Below are positions 14,660 through 28,058 of a stretch of 64,000 nt of DNA, piece after piece (within the stretch, counting starts at the first letter, position 1; the number at the start of each line of letters is the position of its first letter). The notes beneath the pieces were generated by a model that had not been told where the DNA came from, did no database searches, and saw nothing but the letters and a program-made list of their open reading frames with translations. The position numbers were made by a program, and so were the translations under genes. This stretch comes from Octopus vulgaris (Eukaryota), in assembly GCA_951406725.2 (NCBI GenBank), contig OX597820.1:95790001-95854000 (forward strand), given 5' to 3'.

Positions 14660-15150
14660 CATCATATTTTAACAGATATATTTACTTAAATTAAATAAAA
14701 AATCTTGAAATACTAATAGTAAATTTATTCAATCCTGCAACTCTTCTGTTTAATTTGGTGAATGCTGCCATAATCTTTGCCTTCAGTGCATCCTTGGTGT
14801 TACAAGGAGTTTTGTTGGTCTCTCGCAAAACTGCGCCCCACACATAAAAGTCAAGGGGGATTATAGTCTGGGGAGTTAGGAGGCCAGATATTAGTGGTGA
14901 TGTGGTCGCAGAAATTGTCTGACAATCATGGCTAGGTTCTCCTGCTTGTGTGGCATGGTGCAGAGTCCTGTTGCCAGACATAGGGTCTTCCAGCAGCCAC
15001 GCTCTTGACACAAGGCAGCACTGCCTCCTCCAGGCAGTTGATGTAGGCAGTTGTGTTGTGTGTGAGACTGTGTAGGAAGATTATTGGAGACATAATGTCG
15101 CCATCATTTGCGATCACTTCAAACTTCACGATGTTGACTGGATGTTGATT
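14660..15150 (-). mobile_element. Tc1/mariner-superfamily (maT/DD37D-like) transposase fragment
   Basis: VWQQDSAPCH and, across a frameshift, WPPNSPDxxPLDFYVWG motifs in ORFs 14932-15129 and 14691-15011. Confidence 0.7.
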
Positions 15151-15842
15151 TTAACCACTGTCGGTACGTGTCTTCAGATTGCACTGTCATCAGATTGATA
15201 CCCAAACACTGAAATATTCGTTTTAGAGATTCCTGCGTGAACGTCAAGTAGTTGAGAATGTAGTTTCCAAATTTATGGCAGAATGAATTGCGTCATGGTA
15301 CTGTTTTTCTCACAGACGGTGCCCGATTGACGCACATGTACGAAATAAGAGAAATATAAGCAAAACACTTCGGGCTAGAAAAAGTTAGAAACTTCACTTG
15401 GGTCTCGTACTTACATCGCCTGTAGACATGACAGGCATTCTGCTATGTTACAGATGCGTAAGCAATCCAGCACTTGTTCGCCAGCAGCGAAGGGACGAAA
15501 ACTAACACAAAGACATGCACACACGCATACGTAAATATAGGCGCACATAAATACACACATGCACACAAGAGACTGCAACAGTTTCCCTCTACCAAATCCA
15601 CTCACAAGGTATTTATCGACCTAGGACAAGAGGAGAAAACACTCGCCCTATTGCTGCGCTGTGAGACTGAACCCAAGACCACATCGTTGTGAAGCAAACT
15701 TCTTAACCACACAGCCAAAGGACAATTTCCGCATAGAATTGACCACAAAACCACGCCTGTAGAGAAAAATACTTATACTATCGTTTCAACATTTTTGTCA
15801 AATACATCAAATATATTTTAAAGGTTTATTTGAAATACTCAC

Positions 15843-15986
15843 AGTTGCTTCAAATTGTGTAGATGTTGCACTGATTCAAACACTTGAGATGTTAAATTGT
15901 TTTTACTGAGCCAAAGGGTAGTTAAAGATGTAACATTTCTGAAGGTATCTTTTGGAATATGGCGAATGTGATTGTCGTTAAGATCT
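15843..15986 (-). CDS. Internal exon (144 bp, phase 2-2) of a leucine-rich-repeat protein; two 24-aa LRRs
   Basis: ttttacag|A GAT CTT...CAA CT|gtgagt; xDLNDNHIRHIPKDTFRNVTSLTTLWLSKNNLTSQVFESVQHLHNLKQL; the 72n length and phase 2 are typical of extracellular LRR genes such as LGR/RXFP-type receptors. Confidence 0.88.
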
Positions 15987-17269
15987 CTGTAAAAGGTATG
16001 AGAAATTATAGCATTTAAATGTTCATCCGTTTTTATAGTTATTTGAATTAGAACGAAATGAGTCATTATAGAATAGATTGCATGCTTTATATCCAGGCAA
16101 ATAGTTAAAAAGACCCAGGAAAGAAAAATGATAATGATAATGCAAACAAGAAAATGAATTGTAGATATAAATAGTTGGCTGGAAATGAAGATTTCTTTGT
16201 TTCCTTTCCTTTTCCTATATTTATCTAAACCAACCCCTATGTACTTGTGGGACACGAACTTACATTTCCTACCATTGTATGAAAGAAATCCCTCGAATTC
16301 CAATGTCCATTCTATAAAGTTTCTAAAATGGATAGAGGAATTCGAATGTTTGCTTAAATATAATGGTAGAAATTCTGTTATGTGTACAGTAGGTGGAGAC
16401 TCTAATCGCACGGACGGTCTTCGACTATTTCTATCAAGGACAATTTTTCCAACTATATTTACATGATAAGAAAAACATGAGTCTCATTCTTTGACGATTC
16501 ATTTTAAACTGAAAAAAACTTCCAATTGCGCTGAAATATTTTGGTCAATGTTAAATTTGATAATTTTCTCGGGACTATTATTAGAAGACATTACTTAAGT
16601 GTATACGATGGCTAACTGACAGTTCGTAGTACATAATATCATATGAGATATATTCAGCCGATTATAGTGTTCTTGCTTGCAATTCAGTAACTTTCAGCTA
16701 ACAGTCAAATTTATATATAAAATGGTTGCAATCAATTTAACCTCCTTTCCGCTTTCTGTAGTGTAGTACATATACACCGGTTCCTCTAACTGATACTTTT
16801 CATTTAAACAATTCGTAATAGAAGACGCTTTTGTTGGATTTCGGTTGAACTGACTTTGTTATATTAGTTTCGATTATCTTATTCAGAACAACATATATTA
16901 AAGAGAAAGTGAAACTCGAAAGGGCAAGAGTGGATGCTGAAAAGCATTTTGTGCAGGGATAGACCATATTGTCAACTGAATGTCTTACACAATTTTCTTG
17001 ACATTATGACAGGATCTTTTTACGTTTGGTCAGTTTAGCCTTTCATGCTATTAGTTAAAACAATGTACCAGTTGTATCAAAATCAAAATCGATTATTTAA
17101 GTTGATTCCTCCAAAAATGCATAAAATCATCGAAACATTAGTTTGTTATTAGGTACAAGCCACTCGTTATAGAGAAGATTTATTATAGATTCGACGGTAA
17201 CCCATTGGCCTATAAATGTTGGCTGTAGTATATTACCAGTATAAAAATTTGCTACTATATAGTATTGGT

Positions 17270-17600
17270 AGTGAATGCACATGGTCTAGGGGTTAGGGTG
17301 TTGGGCTTGCAACCATTAATTCGCTAGTTCGGATCTCGGACCAGGTGATGTGTTGTGTAACTGCATAAGATACCGCGTTTCTCATTGTTTCAGTACATCA
17401 GAATTCAACCGAAAATGTTACATAGTCAGCGCCTTGCTAAGAGAGGGACGACTGCAATGTATTGGCCTCTCATTCACAAGGGAGCCTTGTAACTTGTAGC
17501 CTAAATGTCTTGAAAACCCTATTTAGTTCCGGCTTCATGAATTTGTAGGCTCAAGGCGGACATATTTATTATTGCTGTTCGTTTCATCAGCTCCGAAGAC
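17270..17600 (+). mobile_element. Old tRNA-derived SINE
   Basis: GCACATGGTCTAGGGGTTAGGGTG...GTTCGGATCTCGGACC head, similar to the SINE at 27695. Confidence 0.5.
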
Positions 17601-18185
17601 ATAAAAAGGTAAAGTCAACGCCGCTGGTGTTTGAGTACAGAACGTTGATGGATATAATTGGTAATGAATCTAATAGTCCGAACTCCACTTACCATAATAA
17701 TGAGGAGGATAAAGAGAGAGAGGGGAGTGAGAGAGAGAGAGGGGGAGGTCAAAGAGAAAGTGACAGAAAGACAAAGATAGGGATAGAGTGAGAAACTGCA
17801 TTGTTGTTTGGTTGTGAGTAAATGCATTAGGAAGACACAAAAGGTGTGGTGCATAAAAGCTGGGAGATAGAATGGGTGAGTGAGTGAGAGAGAGAGAGAG
17901 AGAGAGAGTGAGAGAGAGAGAGAGAGAGAGTGAGTGAGAGAGAGAGAGTGAGTGTGAGAGAGAGAGAGAGAGAGCAGATTATGGTATGAAGGGCTCATAT
18001 TTTAAAGTCTGGTACTCATTCGTTGAACTTGAGGCAAAACTTCTTAACCACACAGCCACAGAACAATTTCCGCATAGAATTGACCACAACGCCATGCCTG
18101 TAGAGAAAAAAACACTTATTCTATCGTTCCACAGTTTTTGACAAATACAGTAAATATATTTTAAGAGTTGATTTGAAATACTCAC

Positions 18186-18329
18186 AGTTGGTCCAGGTTG
18201 CTTAGATGTTGCACTGATTCAAACACTTGAGATGTTAGATTGTTTTTACTGAGCCAAAGGGTAGTTAAAGATGTAACATTTCTGAAGGTATCTTTTGGAA
18301 TATGGCGAATGTGATTGTCGTTAAGATCT
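18186..18329 (-). CDS. Internal exon (144 bp, phase 2-2) of the same LRR gene; paralogue of 15843-15986
   Basis: ttttgcag|A GAT CTT...CAA CT|gtgagt; xDLNDNHIRHIPKDTFRNVTSLTTLWLSKNNLTSQVFESVQHLSNLDQL; not in the ORF track because it has no start codon. Confidence 0.88.
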
Positions 18330-18445
18330 CTGCAAAAATCATGAAAAATATAGCATTTAAATGTTCATCCATTTTTATAGATATTTGAATAAGAACGAGA
18401 CGAGTCATTATAGAATAGATTGCATGCATTCTAGCCGGGCAAATA

Positions 18446-18984
18446 TTGGGTTGTCCGGAAAGTTCGACTTATTTTAGAACATGTTTTAGTCCATAAAATA
18501 GGATTTTGCTACACCTCCATTTAGATCACAGTTTAAGCTATCTTTTCGTGGAAGAAGGTTTATGTTCATATAACCTGTGTTAATTCTGTAATCCTTCAAA
18601 ATGGAAGACAGGAAAGTTCATTTTCGGCACTTGATGCTTTGGGAACCAGACAAAAATTGCTGCAGCTCGGCTGTGATGTGTTACCCCATCCTCCATATTC
18701 ACTAGATATTGCTCCTTCGGATTTCCACTTATTCAGGTCTCTGCAGAATTGTCTTAATGGTAAAAATTCCAATTCCTTAGATGACGTAAAAAGATAATTT
18801 GATGAATTCTTTGCCATGAAACCAACTCAATTCTGGGAAGAGGGTATTTTCACGTTAAAGGAAAGATGGAGACACATTGTGCAACAAAATGGTTCATATT
18901 TGGTTCATTAAAAATGTAATGGCAAGTATTTATTGACCATTTTCTTTCCTTTAAAACACGACACGAACTTTCCGGACAACCTAA
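18446..18984 (+). mobile_element. Internally deleted mariner with TIRs and TA target-site duplication
   Basis: TA|TTGGGTTGTCCGGAAAGTTCG ... CGAACTTTCCGGACAACCTAA|TA; encodes LPHPPYSLDIAPSDFHLFRSL (mariner YSPDLAPxD motif); absent from the paralogous intron near 16103. Confidence 0.92.
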
Positions 18985-19689
18985 TATTTTAAAAACTCAG
19001 GAAAGGAAAATGATAATAATGTAAACAAGAAAACAATGAATTGTAGATATAAATGGTTGGAAATGAAGGTTTGCTTTCGCTTTCAATCTTATATTTATCT
19101 AAACTAACCGATATGTACTTGTTAATTAAGGTGGAAATGTGTTGTCCATTAGTTCCATGTTGTATTGTCATAGGAAATACAATGAAAGAAGCAGCGATTT
19201 AGTTCAAAATATATTCTTCCCTTTTGCTTAGGAAACGTGACTATTATACAAGTTATTAATGGAGACATAAAGTCATAGAATGCGGGATAAGATTGTTGAC
19301 TTCATTTTGTACTCGGCCACACATATATGCAAAAAGGAAATTGAAATACGTCGCTTCTAGCTTTCCGCAGGGCGTTTGAAATTACTTATGAGTAATTACT
19401 TGAAGTTACTTGTGAGTAATAGAAGTGTGATATTTCAAGCTTACTATGTGTAAACTAGATGCTGAAAATAAACAATGTAAATTATAATTACAAGCAATGG
19501 AAGAAGCGGGGTGGAGGAGCACGAGGTTCTTTCATTCTATGTTTCGTTTGTTCTTTGATTTGTTTCGGCCTTTGAATTGCGACTATGCTGGGATACAATT
19601 TAGCGGCTTTAGTTTGAAAAAGTCAACTCCAGTACTTCTTTTTAAGTATGATGTTTATACTATCTTTCACTTTTTGTCGAACCGCTATG

Positions 19690-19740
<51 letters not shown>

Positions 19741-20160
19741 CAAAGTAGCTCGTTAGAACATCTTGATAAGGGATGAAAGTAGTAATTGTACTGAGAAGTA
19801 ATGTTTATTACTACATCAATATGGATGTTCGACGTTAATTCCGAGTTAACTCCCGGCAGACCCTCCGTCAGCTGTTTACTGGTGCAACTTGCACCCTGTA
19901 TATATTACAAATAGGGGAGCAAACTCCTACCATCCTTTAGCAAACTATAGGATCACGAAACCGAACGGATTCGGGCTATTTGTGCCCGTCTTTAGTCGTG
20001 ACTACCCGACCTCTAGAAATAGCAGGAATTCGTTCCAGCTCGCGATACATACAAAACTAAGGGACCATCAGTCACTGATCTTGCAACAACCAAAGTAGCT
20101 AGTTAGAAAAACGGTAGTGTCGTCGAACAGCGATATTGATGTGGCGATAAACATTACTTT
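19741..20160. repeat. Element with internal inverted and direct repeats next to (TA)n
   Basis: 19796-19834 is the imperfect reverse complement of 20121-20159; CAAAGTAGCTxGTTAGAA occurs directly at 19741 and 20091. Confidence 0.6.
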
Positions 20161-21862
20161 GAGGGATATTAGTTCGAGTTCTGTGGTTGGTTGTTTACAC
20201 ATTTTTCCGCTTTGTAAGGGTAATTTACCCAGTATTTCAGCTGTTCTAACGGCAATTCTGCATTCCAGAAAATATAGTTTAATTTGTATTATTCAATATA
20301 TACATATATACGACAAGCTTCCACACAGTTTCTACCTATCGAATCACTTGGCCCAAGGGTATGCTAAAAGGCACTTGACCTAGGTGCCGCACAGGAGATT
20401 GAACCTGAAACAACATACGAACTTTTTATCTACAATATGATATTTCGCCTTTCTTGCCCATGCAAGCCATGTTTATGAAGAATATGCTTGTATATTCTCA
20501 ATCAGAGAAATTAGTACAAAGCTTTAAAATTAACTGATTAAATAATTACAGTCACATTAAGCTGTGTACATTTATAATTAATGCATTCAAGTATAACATG
20601 CAAACGTGAGAAGTCCTTCATTTGAGTAACTGCTCCAAAAGAGAACATAATATATACAATGTACTTCAAAAAATACCTAGCTGGTAATTAGAGTGTAGGA
20701 TTATTATGAAGCAGTAAGTATGTACGTGGATTTATGAATTGCAGTAAGGTCTGTTAAATGAATCCAAGATGGATTAATAATAAACAAATTCAGAAACAAA
20801 TTGCAATAGGCCACAAGGAAATATTTATTACAACTCCAGAAATTTGATAAAGCAAACTGGTAAGATATTTCAATTGTCAAAACATTATATATATTTAAAT
20901 GTTCATCAAAATGTAGGATAGAGGTTAAAGAAAAACCTGAATTACAGTATCACAATATTTCTGGTTACTTCTATTCAAATGTTGGTAGAACGCAAAGCAT
21001 AACGTCAAGGATTCTGGCTTGAAATTTGTTCAAACTGAAAACTGCAGAGTGAATTCAAAATTGCTTTCATGTCAAGGTCCCAGGTCGCTCGTAGCAAAAT
21101 TCTTCTTTCTGGGGACTTGGCGAGTCAGAACTTCCTATTTTATAACTGACGAAGAGACCTCAGGCTCGTCCATCAGGTGAAATATGTGGGTGATTCAAGT
21201 AAAACTAAATGGATCCGACCATCACGTGGTGCACCAAAATGGGTAGTTAAAAGTAAAAAACTACGATGTGGGCTGGTGAAGTTCACAAATGCTCTTACTG
21301 CTGCCACAATCGGCTTCAGAATATTAGTAGATCCTTCTAACAGGTAGCAAAGAATTCTTATCAGTTAACCCAAAGAGTTTTGATACTAAATTTTAGCTCA
21401 AGATAGCCCATTGAAAATCCACTAATAATCTACGAACTAAGCAAAACAAATTATGCACACAGCATTTTACTGGTGTATTAAGTAACGCCAGCAAAATATA
21501 GAATACTTCCTCACACAAAGACTTTTAACAAGGCTAAATGCATTTTCGTTTGTGAAATTTCATAAATCGAGACTGAACGACACATATGATACTTATACCG
21601 TGTTTAATACAGCAAAACAAAAGTACCTGAACAATGATAGCCTATTTTATTTGCGGTAAAACAAATCCATACTGGTCATCAATCCTATTGGGGGAAAACT
21701 ATGAACACTTGGTCTTCCGTGTGCTTTCTCTGTTAAGCAGGTAATTGTAGCAAGCATGTTATTTACTCAGTGTATATATTCCAGTAAGTGAACTACTGTG
21801 GGGAAAAATTCCGTTTCATGCTTGGTGTAGTTGGCAATTTAAAAGTTGAGATATTTGCAAAA

Positions 21863-22880
21863 ACTTCTTCTTCTTCTTCGTCTTCTCCTCCCCCTCCTCC
21901 TCCTTCTCCGTCTTCTTCTTCTCCTCCTCCTTCTCCGTCTTCTTCTTCTTCTTCTTCTTCTTCTTCTTCTTCTTCTTCTTCTTCTTCTTCTTCTTCTTCT
22001 TCGTCTTCTTCTCCTCATCCTCCTCCTTCTCCGTCTTCTTCTTCTCCTCCTCCTTCTCCGTCTTCTTCTTCTTCTTCTTCTTCTTCTTCTTCTTCTTCTT
22101 CTTCGTCTTCTTCTTCTCCTCCTACTTCTCCGTCTTCTTCTTCTTCTTCTTCTTCTTCTTCTTCTTCTTCTTCTTCTTCTTCCCTCCTCCTCCTCCTCTT
22201 CCTCCTCCTCCTCCTTCTCCTCCTCCTTTTTTTTTTCGTCGTCGTCATCATGCTCTTCACTGATTTGGTTAAGTGAGCATAGACACCTCTTCTTATGGCA
22301 TAATACGCAAAAATAACGCCATTTTTCTTTCATTCTGATTTTTAACCCAGAATAATATATGCTTATTAGATTGCACACCTGTACTGTTGCTTAGAACCAA
22401 ATTTGGTTTGATAAACAGATAAATGACGGTCAAATATAAATCTTCCTCAGTTGTCATCTTTATCATGTTCATCACAACCACCATCACCACCATCATTCAC
22501 CTTATCCTCTTCGTCGTTGTAGTCAACACAACCACTAACACCACTACCATCATCAACAACAACGACAACGAAAACAACAACAACAACAACACCAATACAG
22601 CCACTACTATCACCACCACCCTTCTTATCTTCCTCATCGTCGTCACCATCATCATTATAACCACAATTACTACCACCACCTTCACCTTCCGTATCATCAT
22701 CGTCAGCAGCAGCAGTAGCTCAACGATTACCATCACCACCATCACCACCACCACCACCACCACCACCACCACCACAATAACAACAGCAACAACAGCAGCA
22801 ACAAAAATAACAACAGACAAACAAAACAACAGAACGACAACAGCAAAAAACAAACAGTAATGATAACAACACAAACAACA
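21863..22880. repeat. Compound trinucleotide low-complexity tract (TTC/TCC, then CAC/CAA/CAT)
   Basis: Seen directly; explains the poly-S/R/L/T/V ORFs. Confidence 0.95.
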
Positions 22881-23126
22881 TCATCTGTAACTTAGAAGGA
22901 ATTTAATTGACTTCAAAGAGGAATTGAAATCGTGTTTAACGAGGATATCGGTCAGATTTTACTTGTGAGTCAAGTACCTTCCTTGTATTGTTGTGGATGA
23001 AGAATATGAAGTTGAAACTAGCTAATGATACAGGTTCTGAATAATTGATGGTTGTATAATAATGAAATACGTTGAGCTAACCATAGTATATAGGATACGT
23101 TTTAGCGTAGAAGGTAATATCTCGGA

Positions 23127-23448
23127 ACGCCCAGCCAGCCAGTTGTTTATTATGAATAAAAATCTTACCTTAGTCTCATATACACGCTTTGGAAGAACAG
23201 GTAGTGGTGACTTTCTAATGTTCAGTTGAATACGAGGGCGTTAATGTCCAGCCAGTCAGTGGGTTATTATAAGTATAAATCTTACCTTAGTCTTATATAA
23301 ACCTTTTAGAAACGCAGTTAGTGGCGACTTTCTGATGTTTGGTCGAATAGGAGGACATCAACGCCCAGTCAGTCAGGTTTATTATAAGTATAACTCGTAC
23401 CTCAGTCTTATAGACACTATTTGGAAAAGCAGTTGTAACGACTTTCTG
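23127..23448. repeat. ~118-bp diverged tandem repeat, ~2.7 copies
   Basis: Units start at ~23127, ~23245 and ~23362 (CCAGxCAG..TTATTAT..CTTACCTTAGTCT..GACTTTCT). Confidence 0.85.
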
Positions 23449-25799
23449 TATGGAAGCCATGGGCACAAGCGCGGGTAAAGGTGATCGCGGCTGTGGATCT
23501 CAGATGTGGCAAATGTGATTGTGTTTCATTTTAATCTTTTCCTATTCGAGAGCTTAGGTGAATATATCCGTTCACGGAAAGTCATTTTTGTTTTCTCATA
23601 TTTATTGGTTATGGCTCAATAAAGAAAACATTTGTTTCTTTCCATGAGGCAAACTGATTCAAAAGGAAGAGAAAAACTGTAAGTTGTCATATTAACGATT
23701 TAAAAACTTTAGTCTTAAAAATTAACTTCGATTAATGAAATACTGAAGTGAAATACTAAAATGAAATATTTATGAACTACTTCAGAAGATCATATCTTTA
23801 TACAGAGTACTTATCAACCAAAGTCACTGCTGGGCATTCGCCGACAAGAATAGTTTTTGGTGTTAATCAAAACCGAACTACAGATAGTTGGTTGGAAGCC
23901 TAAACGTTGGTTAACAACACTCAACTCGCTAGTAAGAATGAGATATTGGCCCTCTTTGGTCTATGAAACACAGCCTCTCAAGATATCGACAACTGGCATT
24001 TTGATGATAGAATGAATTGACTTAACCACGTATAGAAGAATCACAATTTTAATTTAATATAAAACAATAATTCAATATAACTTTATTCCTTAATATGAAT
24101 GTAATGAGATTATATTATAGGAGATTGAATATCGAAACTGAATAACTACATAGCGTGTGAATTACTTGAGAAAATCGTACTTTGTTTGAAATTAATATAA
24201 TCTTTAAAACTGATATCTTAATTAGATTTTCATATTTCATATGTAACGAAAATCAACGTTAAAATGGTTGCACACAAAAAGAGAAATTATGGCGAACAAA
24301 TTAAAAGATATAAAATATCAGAATGAAATAACAATGAGCAGCATTGAAATAACTATAGCCATTTAATGTCATTTAAAGTTTAGCCAGACAAGAAAGATTG
24401 GATCTTCACATGGATCCAAAGATTGGATCTTCACATCCTCAGGTTTCTCTGAGACTAGTGGTTTAATTTAGATTATGCATAATCGTTGTTTAGCTACAAA
24501 GAAATTCTGATTAAAGAAATCCGGATCAAATGCATTACAGCTATTCATCCCGTCTTGTAGGGAGTATCTACGCCTACATTATCTTATGTGCTCTTGCTTT
24601 TGTGAGCTATAAGAGCGTGCCTTGAGGGCGATTTTGCTGTTATTTTCAGCAATTGGAGCGACAACGTTGAGATCTCTACATTTGGTCGACTAATTGCTAA
24701 TTTAATCTTCTACCGGTCGACGTCTGCAGGAGAAAACAAAACTAGAAAGAAGGAATACCCATAATGGCTAGTGCCTGATTTGGGGATTTGGGGAGACAGA
24801 CGTGGAGCTCGTATGTAGCTAACTAGCTTCAAAAGATCAAATGCAGATAGAGTAGCAACAGAAGAGATTGAATGAGGATGTTGTGTATCTCTGGGCCCTT
24901 TGCCATTTAGCTGAGATATTGTAGTACTAATATAATAGAGAGATTAAGGAGATAGTGCGTCAATGGGCTCGAGGCTGTTTCAGTGTTATACATATCTATG
25001 TTATTTATGAGAAGATCAACCAGACGTTTATAACTAGAAAAAAGCAAACTGTTACTTATGTATGATAGAATAATTTCTAAATAAGAAATCATTCTCGCAT
25101 CCATTGCTGCGTGTAGCAGCAGCAGCATCGTAAAGAGGAGATCAGTCTGTCATTGTATATCTTAATTGAACTTAAAGAGAGCCAAAAGACGATCAGAGCT
25201 GAGGTGTTTTCTGGCCATGAAAAAAGGAGGCTGGAGTTTGGGCCACAAAATTTTGGATGTTTTTAATGTAAGGTTATCACAAGAGATCATAACAGGTTGT
25301 GACGTTCAACATTTCTCGTAATACAGATGATTTTACTTGTGTTTTTTTCCAAAAAGTAGAGAGGGTGGCGTGAAAGACTTTTTCTATGATATATGCATTA
25401 AGTGTATCTTCGTGCTAGTGAAGACCTTTTCTATAATAGACCTTTTCTATCTCAGTTCGTCGGGAGTTCAGTCGTAACTCTACGGAACTTGACCCAGAAA
25501 CTAAAAACATAAAAGACATAAGATGAAAGTTTTGACGGCAATGAAATGGTCGATGAATCGACCGTATTATATGGATTGTTCTTTTACAGAACCCTGACTG
25601 ATAAAAAGTAAACTCAGTTTTACAGGATTTGAACTCAGAAAACAAAAGGAAGTGTCAACTATTATAAGACATACAGTCTTCCCTTTCTACTATATCTCCC
25701 ACTTCTCCGAGTTCTAATTTAGAATTTATTCTATCATCTATACACAAATATATTACTGGTCGCAGTAAATTATCACATATTCAAGAACAACACTCAAAC

Positions 25800-26960
25800 A
25801 ACCTTGGGTACAAAGACACGCTGTCTCTTCAACCTATCTCTCATTACACCAACGGCTTCTGTCACTTCCAGGTAGCATGCTACCCAGTGGCCCGGGAACG
25901 AAATTTGCAAACTCAGGTCCAAGTTCTTTTACAAAGAAAGCTGATCTTTTCTCAATCTTAATATCAAAACAAACACAGGTATAATATTATTTTTTATTAT
26001 TATACAAGTAATGCTTCAAATCACACCAAAAACTTTTCTACACTCACTTGTAGAAAAGTTTTCCAAGAGAATGTCCAAAGTTTTTTCATTGCACAAGATT
26101 TATGTACATGAATTACAGCACAGTGTATCAGACGATGTTGCGTCATTGTGGTATGGAGTCAGGTCTTCAACCAGCAAAATGTGCTGAACATTCGCTCGCT
26201 TGATGCAACAGATACAGGCTTGCAGTATGATGACATTTTCATCACAAAGACTGGTCTATTGCGCTCTCAGAAGAATGATGATTTGGTGAACAAAGTTCAA
26301 GCATTAGTGACCATGGTCACCTTAGGTCCAACCTCTTGGAGGAAAAGGTCCAGAGAGTGGTTTCCGCTGTGTATAAAATATGTACCAGGAAACATGTGTT
26401 TTAATCACTTTTGTATATCTTAAATGTTTCCACTTATGGTGCAAGCGCCATCAAAGGAAAAAGCAGCATAATTTTGAGCTCAGATCAATGTTGAATCAAC
26501 AAAAAACATCCAGAATAACGTTACTTAGTGTCTCCGAAGTGTAGTCAGGAGAAAATCTTTGAGAACCTATTGGTTTTCAGAAACATAACGACAATAATTG
26601 ATTCCTGTTTCATGCCAGAGCAATCACATATAATACCGATGAACATGATATCTTTATCATTTTTTATTATCTCATGTAGGGTGTTATGATCGTATGCCTC
26701 TAGCATTTCATCTTGTATGATATCAGCTTGGAATTTACTCGCCGTTTAAGCCGCTGAATTACTGGAGAATTACTACCTCCATCATGGTACGCCCAACACA
26801 CCTATCTACCTTATCATGCTATTGGTACGAATATTGTGTTGTCTTCCCTTGCAATTCTAACTTCTCAGAACGCCACCGCCCTAAAATTGTTCACTCGCCC
26901 TTATGTCGACTTACAGATGTTCAAAACAGAACATCAGCTGTTTTAATCGTAACAGTTTCG
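25800..26960 (-). mobile_element. hAT (ZMYM1-like) transposase remnant
   Basis: The minus strand around 26330-26500 reads CFSFDGACTISG..IQK.LKHMFPGTYFIHSGNHSLDLFLQE, matching the hAT DGAxxMxG...HCxxHxLxL motif; boundaries approximate. Confidence 0.65.
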
Positions 26961-27694
26961 GAAGACGTGCTGAAGTCATAGGAAGAGATTGAACTATATA
27001 AAAACCCTATAGTCCGAATAAGCTGTAGGAACAGCATTTAAAGGCTTCACGCAGAATGGTGAAAACAGGTTAGCTTAGTGAAACACAAAATTACATGCAA
27101 ATTATTGACAACAACCGAAAATAAAAGTAAGGAAGAGAAGGGATCTCTTTTTCTTAGTATTTATCTGAGAAAAGCTTTCAAATTATATTAGAGAGAATAT
27201 CTACAGCTAGGGATAATAAGGAAGAGTTCATCTATTGGGAAAGAGCGGTCATGTTTTTTCTAAAATTACTTACAAATAACTTTATGAAGAATTATGAGAC
27301 TTCATCTCAATTTAATGCTTGTAGTTCAGAACAAGAGACACTGAGAAATCCTTAATGAGGTAACTTGGCCTACTGGTAATAACAGACAAATTACAGTTTT
27401 CAAAAGAAAAGCACACCTCGGATAATGTATTCCAAATAGTCACCCATCAAAAAGATGTGACGGTCACAGCTGAATACCTTTCGCCATTGGTCTAATCAAA
27501 CAAAATTGCCTTAACAACGACAACAACAACAACAACGAAAAGAACAATTAAGACAACGATGATAACGACAGCAACTTCAGCACAACAGATAATGCCATTG
27601 TATAGCTATTTATCATAATTGTTTTATCTGAGACTTTACTCTTCTTTATTAATGTATGCGATTTAGACCTTTTTTTCAGAAGTATTATATTTAT

Positions 27695-28058
27695 CCCAGT
27701 GAAAATCCCAGTGAAGGCGCATGGCTCAGTGGTTAGAGCGTCGAGCTTACGATCGTGAGGTTGTGAGCTCGAATCCCGGACCGGGCTGGGTGTTGTGTCC
27801 TTGAGCAAGGCACTTTATTTCACGTTGCTCCAGTTCACTCAGCTGTAGAAATGAGTTGCGACGTCACTGGTGCCAAGCTGTATCGACCTTTGTCTTTCCC
27901 TTGGATAACACTGGTGGCGTGGAGAGGGGAGGCCGGTATGCATGGGCGACTGCTGGTCTTCCATAAACAACCTTGCCCGGACTTGTGTCTAGGAGGGTAA
28001 CTTTCTAGGTGCAATCCCATGGTCATTCATGACCGAAGGGGGTCTTTACCCTTTATTT
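27695..28058 (+). mobile_element. tRNA-derived SINE with a 7-bp target-site duplication
   Basis: GGCGCATGGCTCAGTGGTTAGAGC...CTCGAATCCCGGACC head and GTGTCCTTGAGCAAGGCACT core; TATTTAT on both sides (27688-27694, 28059-28065); the empty site is seen at ~31137. Confidence 0.85.

Larger units (their letters stand above)
15690..19123. repeat. Local tandem duplication of an exon plus flanking intron (units ~15690-16250 and ~18030-19123)
   Basis: Shared flanks AACTTCTTAACCACACAGCCA..GAATTGACCACAA and TATATTTATCTAAAC..ATGTACTTGT around both LRR exons; unit 2 also contains a mariner insertion. Confidence 0.9.

Noticed and set aside
21146-21190. CTGACGA...GGTGAAA hammerhead-like spacing
   Set aside because: Stems I and III cannot be formed convincingly.
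21788-22874. Long poly-S/R/L/T/V ORFs
   Set aside because: Translations of trinucleotide repeats, open in several frames on both strands.
27715-27790. tRNA gene
   Set aside because: A tRNA-like SINE head without a proper acceptor stem, continuing into a SINE body with a TSD.
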